DNA of 64,000 nucleotides from Orbicella franksi (Eukaryota): NCBI GenBank assembly GCA_964199315.1, contig OZ116709.1, positions 8,618,001 to 8,682,000 of the forward strand, read 5' to 3'. Shown piece by piece: positions 10,829 to 25,700 of this stretch (position 1 is its first letter; each line of letters starts with the position of its first letter). The notes under the pieces were generated by a model. It saw only the letters and a program-made list of their open reading frames with translations, ran no database searches and was not told where the DNA came from. The position numbers and the translations under genes were made by a program.

Positions 10829-11150
10829 AAGCGTTCACACTACGCCGGAGAATTTTGAAAACGCAGCTTTACTTCTACGGTTAGGCCTACCGCCCACACT
10901 AATCTGTCACGAAAACGGAGCTTTTCGAAAACGCTCACGCTGGCTTTGCGTTTTCGTGTGGACTGAAAACATTTTGAAAACCGAAGCTTTCATTTCGAAA
11001 ACGATGGCGTCACGATTACTATGTGATTTCCCTAACCGAGTTTTCCTCAAACACAAATCCAAAATGACCTGTGATCGTTGCGTTTTTAACCTCCTCCGGC
11101 GTAGTGTGAACGGAAAACATTTCGATGAGTTTTGAGAGTGAAACTACGGT
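10829..11150. mobile_element. Non-autonomous DNA element (PIF/Harbinger-like MITE family)
   Basis: Shares GAAAACGCAGCTTT...GAAAACGGAGCTTTTCGAAAAC...CACAAATCCAAAATGAC blocks with the copy at 30922-31287. The superfamily is inferred from the AGGCC/GGCCT termini of that copy. Confidence 0.65.
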
Positions 11151-11384
11151 GCACATAGATATGGAAAAGAAATGGGGGAGACGATTGCGAAAATTCAGTG
11201 TAAAAAGCATATTAGAGGTGAGGTGAACCAGCGACTGAGCTCTTTTTCCCAGTAGTGCTGAGAAAGAAGATCATCGCAGTTACGTAACGCCCGAAAAAAA
11301 TTCATTTTTTCTCAACAGTTCAAAGTTGAAATATCAAATTTCTTCGCAGTTCTAAAAGTATATTACGGTCTCACAACTTGACTA

Positions 11385-11535
11385 GCTCCCAGTTGGCCTG
11401 ATAGCTCAGTTAATAGAGCACTACGCCGGTATCGCCGAGGTCATGTGTTCGAGTCCCGTTAAAGCCTGAATTTTGTTCACGCGTTATTTTCACAACTAGC
11501 CTGAGTGCGTAACTGCGATGATCAGTAATGTCTTG
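11385..11535 (+). mobile_element. tRNA-derived SINE
   Basis: Pol III A box (TAGCTCAGTT) and B box (GTTCGAGTCC) are followed by a non-tRNA body (...TAACTGCGATGATC). No well-paired acceptor stem. Confidence 0.75.
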
Positions 11536-13580
11536 AGGGTATAATCTGCTTATGCCGTTTTGTTCAAGGCATTATATAGAATACTGAAGAGTCATCACAC
11601 TTAATATGCACTGATCAACATTGCGGGTCCAAACAGATCAATTATCTCCATTTATATGGCTAGATTCGAGAGCAGTGAAGATAAACTAAATACTGTGTTG
11701 TGATCTGTGCTACTCCAGCGAGCATAATATGGCTATGTTGTCCGTTCGGGATTTATCACGCGGTATATTAGATGTTGTATTTACCAAGTTTGCTTGGTCA
11801 CGATGGCTGGATATTTACTTCGCTCTATTTTCCCTGTGGTTATGAATCCCAATTGCGTCATAAACATGCTAAAAAAAGAACTTTAACAATATCCGGCAAC
11901 CATTTTGACGTCACTTGCACTTGACTGACGCACCAATCAAACCTGAATCATATTGGTTGACAGAAAACACTATAGTCGGGAATAGAAAAGAGCCTGGACT
12001 GATGTATCTTCGACTGATCTTGAGAATGGAAGTATACCAGCAAGAATCACATGTAAACTTAAAATGAAACTTGGAGCTCATTGAATGAAGCGCACGCTAA
12101 TCCCAACCAACTTCCTACAAACAGCTTGCTTATCTTAGCCAGCGGTGCAGCCGGACATGCATGTTACAAAACCCTTAGTCTATACCGGTGTTGAACGACT
12201 GTCTGTCATGTAGGCTAGCTTATTTGGATTCATTATATAGACATGATTGTTTTACTGGAAAATATACCACCCGTGAAATTCACGCGAGAGCTAAGTCCGG
12301 GACCCGCGTGACGTATTTTCCATGTAGTGAAGATATTAATGACGTCATTTCCTGCTTTTCACGTTTGTTAGTGCAAAAAAATTACACGGTGACTTGAAGA
12401 TATGAATTTTATTTTCTCGTGCCCACATCTTCAAGCAACCGTGTAATATTCCCTCCAAAGCCAAAATGCAAAAATAACTCATATCTTAATAGTCCTCAAT
12501 ATCTTACTCTTCGGAGATATTCCGGTTTACTAGCTCCTTGTTCGAAAGTCAAAAATACTGTTCTCGAGTTAAGTAACACAAATTAGTTCAAGTAAATGGT
12601 AAAGGAATATCTTTATTAATGAGTTTGCAATGAAAACTGACTTTTATTGGTGAATGAGAAGCGCACTCGCTTACCCCTTTGTGTTGTAACAATGAAAACT
12701 TTTTGGTCAAAAATAGACAAGCGTCTCTTAAGTGGCGTTTCCGGCCTTTTAAGAACGGAAATATCAAATCAAAATGTCAACACTTAAAATAAGTCGACGT
12801 GCAAAGTCATGTATACCAAAATAAACGAAGAAGCCCATTACAAGAAGCAATTTTAGGCGATTCAACCAATATTTTTATGTAGGTACAGAGAAGATTTTCT
12901 AACTATAGCTATGTAAAAGTAAACGGGTCTTTCGTGAAAGACTTGCCCTCGTTTTGAAAGAAAATCGCGGAGTTGAGCCAACTATCCATCTTCACTTATG
13001 AACAGTCGTATGTTTTTATTTTTTAATTTTAAGTTCAAGTCTTATTTAGTATCGGGGGAATTTAGTGTTAGATGAACTTCGTGAGGGAATTAGGGCGAGT
13101 ACGGTGAAAAAAAGAAGAAAGTATTGGAATTATTCGGAAGTGGCGTGCGTTGTAGGAGGGGACGGCTGGTAAAAGGACCAGCTATGCGGGTTTGAAGAAC
13201 GAAATCGCACTAATGGATTAAACATCACTTGAATCAGTCTTTCCTTTATAAAAATAAATATTATAGCTGAACTGAGAGACGGATCAAATAAATAGGCCAC
13301 TCCACTAAGTAGATTACAAGTATCGCGCGCGAGAGTAGTGAAACGCGCGGGCTCTGAGGATGAGCTTGTGCCTATCTGACGTCCACAAGCAGATTAATCT
13401 TTGGTCAGAAGATCTCTGAGTTCAAGAGGCAGTAATCATGAAGATGGCTTATGGATCTAATACAAAAACATCTAGCAAACAAGCCTTTCAAACCGCGATT
13501 CACTTCTTGCTTACTCGACGGTCTGGGAGTGAAACAATATTCTGAAAGTGAGGCTAGCCATCTGTTTCGACGACGCCGTG

Positions 13581-13605
13581 TGACGTCATTCAAGATGGCT
13601 TCCGG
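13581..13605 (+). promoter_or_regulatory. Probable PITPNM promoter core (CRE, YY1-like and ETS-like motifs)
   Basis: TGACGTCA (13581-13588), CAAGATGGC (13591-13599) and TTCCGG (13600-13605) are packed together in a CpG-rich stretch about 180 bp upstream of the ATG. Confidence 0.5.
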
Positions 13606-13779
13606 CCGGTAGAGTGAAGTTGTGTTTATTTTCAGTGGACAGCTTGCAAGCTGTTCGACTCTTGTACATTTCGCTTTAATGTGAGACCAGAGTTTACGGC
13701 CTTTGTTTGATACAGGGCCTTCCAGTATTTCACGATCGGATCAGCAACCCTTTGAGTCGCAGTTGCCTTGGTGTGGAAA

Positions 13780-16700
13780 ATGTTGATCAAGGAATACAGA
13801 ATTCCTCTGCCAATGACTGTGGATGAGTACAGGATAGCGCAGTTGTATATGATTCAGGTAATCCTTATGTCTGATTATTACCTTGTATTTTCTAACCGTC
13901 TCGGAGGTTCCATCATATTTCGTTGCCACTGCAACTTTGCTTACCACCTTCACGGTCTGTTTGGTGCGGCGTAGTGTGTGTACGATGTACACAGTTGTCT
14001 AAGTCAAGCTTAAGCTTATGTACGGCGCACTGAACAGGCCGACGAAGGATCGAATTTTTTTTTCTTCCCCCTGATAAGCTTATATATATTTACAAGGTAA
14101 ATGTCAGGTCGCTGATGCCATTTATCGTTTTGAACGGGGTTTTCTGCTTTGGAACGCGCTGAAAAATCGTGCTTCGCTGGGAAAAGTCAATTTGTTCCAA
14201 GTTCATTTTTGGTGCATCTCCTTTCGTGACAGGAGTTGACAGAGTCAGTTGTTCTATGCATACGAATCGAACTTTAACTAAAACAAGATGAATCATACGA
14301 TCAAAGACCTGAAATGGTTTAGGATCACTTAGGCTTTTGGTTCGAAATCGGGATCAAAAGTCAAGATATGTGAGTGGATTATTCATATTTGGGGATGTTT
14401 TCGTGATGTACTTGTTTGCCCAGTTTGCGAGAGTTTGTCAAATCGAAGTGAAATGCACATTTGCATGTCAAATTGTCTGTGGAGTTGACACATCTTAACT
14501 TCGCGTGGGCGGACGCACATGTTTTTGGCTTGAAGTCAAATTTTCCTTCTTTTTTGAATTCCAAACCACCTCTCTGTTTTCCATGTTTGTCTTTACATGC
14601 GTGGCCTTAAACCGTTAGATGCTTGATGTGATATTTATGATGAAACTGTGATCTATGGTTTCAAAAACGACTTTCAAACTGTGAGGAACTGAGTTTCGAT
14701 TTTATTGCCTTTGTCACAGCCTTTCTGAATTTTTTTAACTTCAAAGGAATAAAATCCCTGGAGGCAGATTTCTACCTAATGTAATTGGATTCATGATTTT
14801 AATTATGACATTTGATTCAAGGAATTATTTTTCCTTGCCCAATAGATAGTGAATTCTGACATTTTCTGATGGAATAAAAAAGTAAAGTCAGGATTGAAAT
14901 ATACCTCTCACCTGTTCTGCGGTTATAAAGTCATAGCATTTCATTTTGAACACTGTCAATTAATGTGTGTAACATGGGTCATTATAAAGTGACATAATAG
15001 GCTAGCTTGTTTGGTTTCTACAGCAGTGCCATAGACTAGTCACAATTACAAAGCAAGTGTTTGCCTCTAATTATTGTGGTGCACCTCTTGGTTCAATTAA
15101 GTACTTTAATATGCTCGTCTGAACCTCAAAATTGAAAATCCACAGAATATTCATTAAATGGAGTTATCTATACTCTTCTGTTTTTAAGTAAGAACAGGTG
15201 AATGGATATAGATTTAAGTTGAGGAACAATATATTCTGAATGAAAGTGCCAATTTTTTTGCACCTTGGAAACGCAAGTATTTTCTGGCAGTGTGCTGTTT
15301 TTTTGTTTTGTTTTTTTTTTGCAGAGTGTTGTTTTCATGCAGTTTCAGTCCATTTTATGTTAGCAATAAGCTCTTTATATTATTTCATTTTTTATTTATT
15401 TTCCAAATTGCCAAGAAGCAGAATTCAGCAAATTAATACTATTACTTATTTTCGATGCAAAAAATAATTTTGTATGATGTAAATAAAAATTACATGTAGA
15501 GTATAAATAATGTAAATCATGGGAGTGAATGCCAAGGTAAAAATTCTCAGGAAACAAGTTTAGTCTTTATACCATATTTAGTTTATGACAAGCTCAATAG
15601 ACACTGGGGAGTGGAGGGAGGGAGCAAAATAATGACATGCAGTGACGGTGATAAATAATGACAAATGTTCTTAGCCTTTCTCTTAATTAATGTTTGTTCC
15701 CAGTATTTTCTAAATGTCTTTAATATACACTGTACATGACTTTTGTAAATTATTCGTTAAATTATACATATAACTGAGAAAATGTGATCATTGTAATTAG
15801 CTGAGAGCATGCCAATTTATTGTTAATTTTAATTTGCACTGAAGTGCAAATTTATACACATGCGTTTGTAATTTGGAATAAGTAATCGCGTGAAAGCTCT
15901 TGCTATTAAGGATTTACACTCCTCATGATATTTGAAAATTCTTTCAAATTGCACTTGCCTAAAGGCTCTTTGAGAGAATGTCACAGATGGTGTTAATTCT
16001 TGATTGCACTCGATCCCATTCATGTGATCAATTGCCTATAATACTTATTTCTCAGTAATTTTCGTATGTCTTGCAATTCAGAGTTCTTTTAATTCCCAGC
16101 AAAAATTTACAGTTGTTCCTAAACAGTACTAGCCAGAGTTATTTCTCCTACTAAACGGATTTTGTCCACTTAGTTCACTGACTTAATTAATTCACACTAG
16201 AGATGAGAAACTTGTCCGAGACAGGCTTTCATCTGTGATGTGAACAGATGTAAAACAGGATGATCGAGATATGGTTTTGATGGGAAACTAGTTCAAATTT
16301 AGCCATTTTCTTAATATCCATCTGAATCAATGAGTTTTTGTTCCTACTATATGGGAAACTTGTTAAAATCGTTCTCAAATTTACTCTTAGACAGTTAACT
16401 GAACATAGTTTCGAACAAAATTCCACCAAAAAGACTGTAACTACATGTAAGACAAAAGATAAGCACTAAATATGTGGTATAACAAGACAGGGCCTGAAAG
16501 TGGCATCTAACCTGTGGTAATGTGAGGTTATGAAGGTAATTAAGAGTAGGCAAGTAAGGTAAAGTCTGCATACAAGCCTGGAGGCCCAGCAGGCCAGCAC
16601 TAATATCTCTGGTTTCAGTGGCATGAAGCAACTAGGCATAATTCTACTCCACCCTTGATGGGATGCTAGTCCATCGCAGGGTTACTCCACAGCATTAAAT

Positions 16701-19700
16701 TTGCTGGTACCCATCTATACACCTATGTGGAGAGAGATACTGTGAGAATTATGTGTCTTACCCAAGAACACAACACAATGTCCCCAGCCAGGGCTCAAAC
16801 CTGGACCTTTTGATCCAGAGTCAAGTGCACTAACCATGAGGCCACAGCACTTCCCACTAGGGAAGGCAAGAGAAGACAAGTGCTGCATGGCAAATTCATG
16901 GTATAGTATCACGTAAAGCTTGTCAGACAGGTTTGTTGTCCTCTAATGTGAACAAAGCTATTATGCACAATTACCTTGAGACAATTTCACAACTATCCAA
17001 GAAAATCAGTAAAAGTGGTGTGATAGAATACTCATTTTGACTGAGTTAGGGTGGATCAGTGGAGTGGGCATGCTTCTGATCCTAACCAGATGCTGACATA
17101 GGACCCTCCAAAGGAAAATGACCATACATTTAATACTTTTACACCTAACTGTATGAATCAGTAGGCTTTTAGGATGTGTAGATTGTTGCACCAGGTTTTC
17201 CAAATTCTAAATTTTAGTGCAAGCTTCCTACAGTATTCGAACATGTCCAGTAAAAGCCCCAGTGCTGTACATGTATTTAATGTTGCAACATACATACATG
17301 ACGTAATTAATTGCTCTGACCAAGGGCCAATACTTGAAATAACAGCTTCCCAGACTTGAAATAAGAAAAGACATGTTCTCCATGTTCCTATCGCGTTAAT
17401 GAAACACTCGTGAAAATTTGGGAGAACTCAATAATGCTGTGTAAACACTCACCTGTCGGCTTGTGTTCCCACAGCATTTCTCATTCTCCCACACTTCAAC
17501 ACATGTTTCTATGAAACAATTAGATTATGAGCTCAACATTTCTGTGTGGGTGATAGTTGACGAGGGCGCAGCCAGAGTCAACTATCATGCACACAGAATC
17601 AAAAGCGAATAGAAATCGAGAGTGAATGATATATTTGTTTTAGTGTAAATCTACTAGTCGTTCTAGACTTTTCTCTAAATCCTCTTCACAGACATTTCAA
17701 GATAATCAAGAAGCAGCCGTCATTTTGTTAGCAAGGGCACACTGCTACACTACTCACTATGTGACACAGAATAGATAGTGAGTAGCATAGCCAATCAGAG
17801 AATGTCATTTGTGATAGAACGCTAGTAGATTTATACTACAACTTGATAGAAACATGGTATTTAAATATGTCTTATATATATGTATTATGATATATCTGTA
17901 AGTCAAAACTCTTTCAAGGTTTCCCAGAAACACTTCTCATAAGGATTTCAAAAGTGCTTATCTTGAGATAGTACATGTATGTAACACTCTGGTAGTATGC
18001 TTCGGGATTGGTGAATGTTGGTGAGCCTATTTGGTAAGGACTTATTGGGCAGTTCCAGAAAATGTCCATGCTCCCCCCTTGGAAGGGATTGGAATTTCCT
18101 GGGAAGTGGGGGTTCTGCAAGACCAAAAAATTTAGAGAGATGTATGAAGCTTAACTGGTATTTCCAGAGGGGTGGGGAGGTCTTGAAAAAAATCCCTTCC
18201 ATGGGGGAGGTATGGATATTTTCTGGAACTACACATCAAGAGGGTGGAGGTGGGGTACAATATTATTATTAAAAGGATATTTGAATTTCTAAATATTGTG
18301 TGGCCTTTTATGTTTGGTTCACATACATGTAAGTATACATGTATAATGAGATAAAATTCAGGCACAGGAGATTCAGTTACCTTTAGTTACCCTATAAATC
18401 CCCAGGAGTGATCAAAGTGTAATTTCTCAACGCAATACCAGACATTATCGAGAAAACAGGTGATGAGAATAAAGAAACTTAAGTAAGCAAAATTAAATTA
18501 AATTAAGTAGTCATCTTGATGTACTGCCAAATTCTCAGAACTGGTATTAAAAGATTTGTATGACTCTCAGTAAGAAGAATTTACATTTTGAACTTGGGAC
18601 TGAAAGGGTTACATAAACATCACAAATATTTGAGCATGTTGTACAATGACATCAAATACAATTTTAAAAGTTCTAGTGAACAATAGGGGATGTATGATTG
18701 AAGGGTGTTAATATCTTTCTTTAAGAGCTAAATCTAAATCTAAGGTTATGGTGTTAATATTAGGACTTATGGTTGAAAGTAAGTCTTGACTTCAGATTTG
18801 GAAGCAGTTATGATATCCCTCAGAAAAGAAAATCAGAAACAGCAAACCAAATATCTTTAGTAAAGTGTTTCTACGAGTTGTACGGTTCTAGACACTGTGT
18901 ACACTATAGATCATATGTAGCCTATGATGAGCTATAGTCCTTGGATGTCATATTGCTTTCTTCACATGTGAAATATGAAAAATGCACTTGTTTTTGTGGT
19001 TTCATAGACCCTTTTCATAAATGGCTGCCAATTATAAATTCTTTTGTAAATATTAAAATTAGCCTGACTAACCTCATTTTTGAGTTGGTAATTCAAAAGA
19101 ATTTTTACTCTCAAACGAGTAACCATATAATAAATCCTGTACTGACAAGCTTGTTTGTTCAAGAAGGCTTGATATTAGCCTCAATCTTTTTTTTTGTGTG
19201 TGTAGACCTCAACTCCATCTTGGTCCATAAACACGGAAAAAAAGAACTTGGGCAATATCCAGCCATCTTGACCTCACGCTTGGTCAATAACCCAGTACAT
19301 GTATACAGTATTTTGGCATGTCTCAGATTATACCATTTCTCACTCCTGCAAGATAGAGATACATGTATATTGAAGTCAAACAGGAGGAATTCTTTAAAAT
19401 AGAATGGGATAAGTTCAGCTGGACATTAGTCACTTAACATCAAGTTACAGTGCCTTTCAATGACATGTGAACTAGTTTTAAAACCCAACTAACAGTTGCA
19501 TCTTTAAGCTGTGAACAATGATTACAATGGTAATCAACACATTTTCTGAGAGGTCTGCAACTAATGACAGAAAAAATTACAATCGTTGACTGAGCAAAAT
19601 TCACATGTGAGTTATTGAAAGGCACAGTAAAGTGAAAATGTTACATTAAATAATTTTACATGCTATATAAAATTGCATCATTCATGGAAAAGTTTTTTGC

Positions 19701-22700
19701 CTGGTGCTAGATATTTCTAATAAAAGTCAAATGGAATTGATTGTTAAATTTTTGATATAACACCAATTGATCATTCATCTGGTATTCAGACAGCGAGAGG
19801 TTTTTTCTTTTACAGCAAAATGAAAATTTAAAGTGATTTTGATGAAACTAGGGCGAACAGTTTTGCATCGAGATCCAGAAACAAAATCTTAAATTATTTA
19901 CGACTTTTATGATTTATCCTGTGAGTGCATGTACAGTTGGACTCCCCTAGCTAATTCAAACTTATTTTGAATTCCCCATTATTTCAAACTCAAAACCATT
20001 TCCCTTGTATTTACCTTTCAGTCATCAATACTACTGGCCATTTCAAACTCTCACTATTTCAAACAATTTTTCATTTCCCCTGAGAGTTCGAAATAGCGCG
20101 ATTCAACTGTAGTTGTACTTACATGTATTTAGTCTTATTTTCATGCATTACTTATTCATAAAGTTCATTGAGGTTTTTTGTTTTCTATGAGAAACAGCAG
20201 CAGCAGATTATAGATTGTTCCATGTACCAAAATCCTCTTTGTTAACTTCAATTTAACATGTTTTTGAGACAAATACAATCACATCAGCAAATTGTTTTGC
20301 AATGTTATATTCTGCTAAAAGAAAAATAAAATTTATGTTCTAAAAAACCAACATGAATTCTGTAAACACAGCTGTGAATATAAAGCACCATCTGTTATGG
20401 GGATATGACTCTATGCATGTTTTAGCTCTGACTTGTCTGTTCCAGTTCTTAATAAAGTGAAGACTGTAATTGCTACCCATTTCCGAAACAAAATGTGTAA
20501 CAAGAAAATGTTGTCAGAACATTGTAAATATTTTGAATTATTACATCTATTTGAAAAAAGTGAAAAAGAACTTCATAAATTTTATGTGTTGAAAATATGT
20601 GAAAAGGATTTTGTTTACCTTGCTTTATAAATTATTACTAATTGAATTCTTTTCTTAAATGAAGTACAACTTAACAGGAATGTTTTAAATAACTGACTGG
20701 TGGTTCATGTAGGTTTTAAGTTTGTGCGATCAGTAAGTGAAATTATAATGTGGAATTTGTATTTAAATTAGCATACTGTTGGAGGTTGGACAAATGAAAT
20801 AAAATACAGAAGAAATGTACTTTTAGAGGTTGGAGAAACAACAAAACAAAGTTTAATAATTAATTAAAAAAAGTGACCTGTAATTAGCAGTTGAATTGAA
20901 GCCACTTATGAAATGAAGTTTGATTGGCTGTTATGGAGAAAGGATACACCCACGTGTACAGTAAAATATTTTCATCTTATTATAAAACACCCTGTAAGAG
21001 AGCTTGTGTTGAGAAACGTTTTTCTGTAATTCTATACATGTAGTTCTAAACAAAGAACTTAAGAGTGAGCTGTGGCTTACAAAAAAAAGTATTGTGACCT
21101 ATTGATCACATGCACCAAGAGCTGGAATGTACAGTTAAACTCAATTACAGTTGAACCCCTATAAAGTGGCCACCTATGAAACAGCTACCACCCCTATATA
21201 GCAGCCAGTAATCAAAGTGCCGATGAAGGCTTTTCTATTGTTTTTACTTCTGTTAAGTGGCCAACCTCCTTTAAGTGGCCACTATCCATTTCCCCGAGGG
21301 TGGCTGTTTGATTGGGGTTGAACTGTAATCAGTTGATTAACTTGGCCAATTGCTCTTTTAGAAAAAGAGTCGACTGGATAGTGTTGGAGAGGGAAGTGGA
21401 GTAGAGATTCTTGAAAATACTCCTTACACAAATGGGCCAGGAGGTAATGGACAGTACACAAAGAAAATCTACCACATTGGAAACCATTTACCAAGCTGGC
21501 TGAAAGCTATCCTACCCAAGGCAGCACTGAGAGTAGAAGAGGAGGCTTGGAATGCCTATCCATATACCAAGATGAGGACCACATGTCCATTTGTAGAGAA
21601 ATTTTTTGTTGATGTAGAAACGTACTATTACCCTGATGCAGGACAGCAGGTACACGTAAATGTAAAAAAAAAAATGTTTATAGTGGTCAGTGTGCTTGGA
21701 ACAAAACCTACAGTGTACATGATGGTAGTTCTCAGACATGGCACACAAAGTGGACAAACATTAAACATACAAACAAACAGACAGATAAACAAACATTATT
21801 GATAGACTTAAAAATCCCAATGGGCAGGAGGCACACCAGTTGGTTATTTACAAGCATGACTGAGGAATTGAACTAGGGTCTACTGAGAAACAATTCCATT
21901 GTCAGTAGTGGTCAGAGCTGGACATAAACATGTGACCTCTTGATTTCAAGTCTAGTGCCCTACTTGACCACGTTGCCTCCATGTTATGTATTATTTATGT
22001 CTTAGTGGGATAAGATAGCCGCAAGCCAGACCTACTGCCGCTAGTGGTGCAGTTTATCTTGTTACAAATAAGCGTTATTGGTTGTCCTTGCAGGAAAATG
22101 TATTTAATTTATCACCAGTTGACCTCCAAGGAAGGGAAGTTGGTGAGTTTATTTCTCTGGGTTATTAATTTCAGAAGTGATACTGTCTGGAAAGTAGGTG
22201 TTAGTTACCTCTTTGTTGCACATGTTGTTTATTAAGATGCCAAGTTGTGGATTAAGCTTGGAATGATGTTTAACTTGTGTCAATGGTACATCTCTTAGTT
22301 GTTATTCTTCAATGAATAATAAACAATCATTCCAATTATTTAATGTGGCTAAATATAATTTAGGCAAAGTTAGACTCGAACCAATGGAGCTAGTGGTTTC
22401 TACTTTGACAGTACATGACCTGCAGGGCGGTCCACAGGAGATTTGCAGGGCTGTTGTGCTTCACTGCACTACATGTGCAGGATATGAGTTAGCTATAATC
22501 ATCTCATATCCAACAAGCGCGAATGGAGAAATAGTTTTATTAAAAACACCCCCAAAATATAAAAAAAAAAAACTAAAATAAAACTAAAAGTGTTCCAAAA
22601 AATCACGCAAACGCTTACCATATTTGTAGAGCATATTATAGTGGCTCAAAACACATGATTTCTAAGCCAATGAAAACTCTTGAATTGCATTATCCAAAGA

Positions 22701-25700
22701 TCCAGTTTTTAATAATACCCTGTAGGTGCCTTTACTTGTTCCACTGGGAGTTACATTGTATACCAAGCATATTACCCCAGTCTGGTGAGCTGTTGGTGTT
22801 TCCAAGATTGTTGCAGGTTGTTGTAGTAATTTTCACATTGAAACAAAGACATATATTTAAGTGCAGCTGTGCTGTCCGGATTGCTAATGGGACACCTTGA
22901 TTTGAGGAAAGCTCCCCCTCAAGATGTACAGGTATAAAAAGAACAGTTTCCACACCTTAATATCTCCACCAGTGTAAATATATTGAATTGACATTGTTTG
23001 TGACTTGCAGATGTAATTGACCCAATCAAGGACCCAGTATCCTACTCAGACTACCTTGAAGAAGAAGATCCTTTGTTATACAAGTCCACAAAAACAGGGC
23101 GGGGCCCCATGAAGGAAGACTGGCTTGAATACTACAGAGTAGATAAGCCACCCTCTGATGTCATGTGTGCGTACAAGCTTATAAAGGTCGAGTTTAGATA
23201 TTGGGGAATGCAGGTTAGTATAGAAAAGTTTCACAAGTGTTTTTTTGAACTCACTGTTGGCAGGCTCTTGTTAAGTTACAAGACAACTAACAACTGCCTC
23301 ACAAAGTGGAGGTTCCCTGTTGGGTGCCCGAGGCATCCAGGAGCTTCCACCATTGGCAGCCAGCTCCTAGATGCAGACTGTTCCCATGGCTGGCAAATCC
23401 TGGCAACCCAGCCATGAGTCCCCCTCCTGAAGGGAGAACAAACAGGCACCCGCCGCACTAATTAAACAGCGGAAAGAAAGGGGAGGGTCAGGGGAGGGGA
23501 AAAAACCTCGAAGAAAATTCCCCACGCCAGAAACAGACACTCAAGGAAAACGCTGACAACGTGAAACTTCTTCAACGCCATGTGGCCCAAGAACACGGGG
23601 AATCCTGGCGCATGCACAGATCTAAACGCCGCTGACCGCAAAGGCAAGACTTGCGCTCCTTGTTGTTAACTCCGTTAAATTGGCAAACGACTTTGAAACA
23701 AAGATATCACAACTGTGACAGTGTTCGGAAATGTGTTGTCAATTAGCACAGATATATTTATACGATTTTATTTGTTCATTTTGTCGTAGTTTTTTTAGGA
23801 TTGAAAAGACATATCAAGCACTCCAGAGAGTTTTATCACATTTCCAAACACTTCGAAACTTGTCAGTCAAAAGTTCCTTTTAGCTTGCCTCGTGTCACTT
23901 GTTTAAGTGCGCAGAGAAATCCACTGCTAAACCAAGTCTAAACCAAGTCTGTTTGCTTATTCTCAGAAAGTGCGCACTATATGACAGTTTTTAATCAGGT
24001 AATTGTGATCTCTTGATTTTTCTGATCTTATGGTTGTATTCAGGGTTGCAAAAAAGGGCGCTAAGGGTTATATTTCAACTCTCTTCTTGAGTCGCGTTTG
24101 GAAATGTGAAGAAACGCCGTCTCTTGTGTTCTATATCTGGTTACAGAAATTGCGAGGAAGTTTACAAAAGCGATAACAACACTGATGGTTAAGAAACTTG
24201 CTCTAAGCTTGCAACTTGCATAAGAACGCCGGGAGTCTGAATAGTTGAGAACCAACACTTTTTCCTTTCCCTTTTTCAGAATAAAATTGAACATTTCATT
24301 CACTCGGGTCTGCGTCGCCCGATGTTAATGGGCCACAGACAAGCATGGGTGTGGCAGGATGAGTGGTACGGGCTCACAATCGACGATATAAGACATCTGG
24401 AGGAAGAGACACAGAGAGTATTAGCCAAAAAAATGGGAAAACTTTCTGACCACGTTATCAACAACACTCCTTCGGATCGAGAGAGCGATCAAGAAGTGGG
24501 CTTCGCAAATGACAAAGGGCGGGGAAGTGTAGTTTACGTACAAGAAAACAACAACAGCACCAAACTAGAACTGATTTCTAAAACTTCACTAGACGAAAAC
24601 GAGGGAATTGTATCTCCCTCACCCGTCGCGATAACAGTGGAAAAATTCGGATTTGATAAAGATGAACCTAGCAAAAACTCGTACGGGTTCGAATGCAATG
24701 GCTTAGGCCAGAGAGACTTGAGTTCTACGGCGGATACTTCTGCGGGGAGGCGACTGTCACGTGCGGATATAGTAAAAGGTTGGCACATGAGTACGATAGA
24801 AGCTAATGGATCAGATTCCGAGAATGACGAGTTTTTCGACGCGCAAGGTAAGATATTACTTGAAATTTGTCGCACTGTATATCCTTGCTCTTTAAAAAGT
24901 AGAACTCGATTAACCTCCCCCCTCTCAGTTTACTCTTAATTTTGTTTCGCACGACCATGTATTCGACACTCGATCTCCCCATACGCTCTAGCGAAGGACC
25001 AACCCACGAAATCTCAGTCTTTCGAATTTGGAATGGCGATTAAGTTGCCAGTGTATAGTCACAGGTAAACTTAATCAAGTTAGTAAACTGTTTCACTTTC
25101 TCGTCGCCACAGTATAGCAGTGTCTTAAGGAAACTATGCCTGTAACTTTTTTCGTTCAGTTTTGGAATAGAACTTCAATGTTGATAAAGGTTTTTGAACT
25201 TTCAGCTATTGGTGCATAGTGTACATATTAAATTTTGTTAAAACATTTCACTCTTGATTTAATTTAAAAAAAAAAAAGTGCAGGAAAGTTGATAATCTTG
25301 ACCAAAAGTTACGTCTCCCTTCGATTTACAAGAAGAGTGAAGTCTAAACTCCCTTTCCCTCCATTTTCCTGTCTTAATACGTTTACGGTCTCATGTTTGT
25401 TGTCAGCTCTAGTTTCTCGTTTTATCAGAGATACCATGAACACAAATGTGTGTTTTTCCTAGTCCATATGTACTTCGACTTTGATTTTTTCAGTCAATAG
25501 TCTCAGTAAAAGATCAGTGAAATTCCTTTTGTGTGGAGATCAGTCTGCGCGAACTTTGTTGTTTCGAATACAGCAAAGACAAGCTTTTCGAAAAAATATA
25601 GAGATTCTTGTGATCTTAAAGGGGATCAGTCACGGTATTTTGAGTTATTTTTACCACATACAAAATCACATTTAAATGGTAGGAAACCTGAAAATAACAA

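Noticed and set aside
11395-11470. tRNA gene
   Set aside because: A and B boxes are present, but the cloverleaf is broken and the sequence continues into a SINE body.
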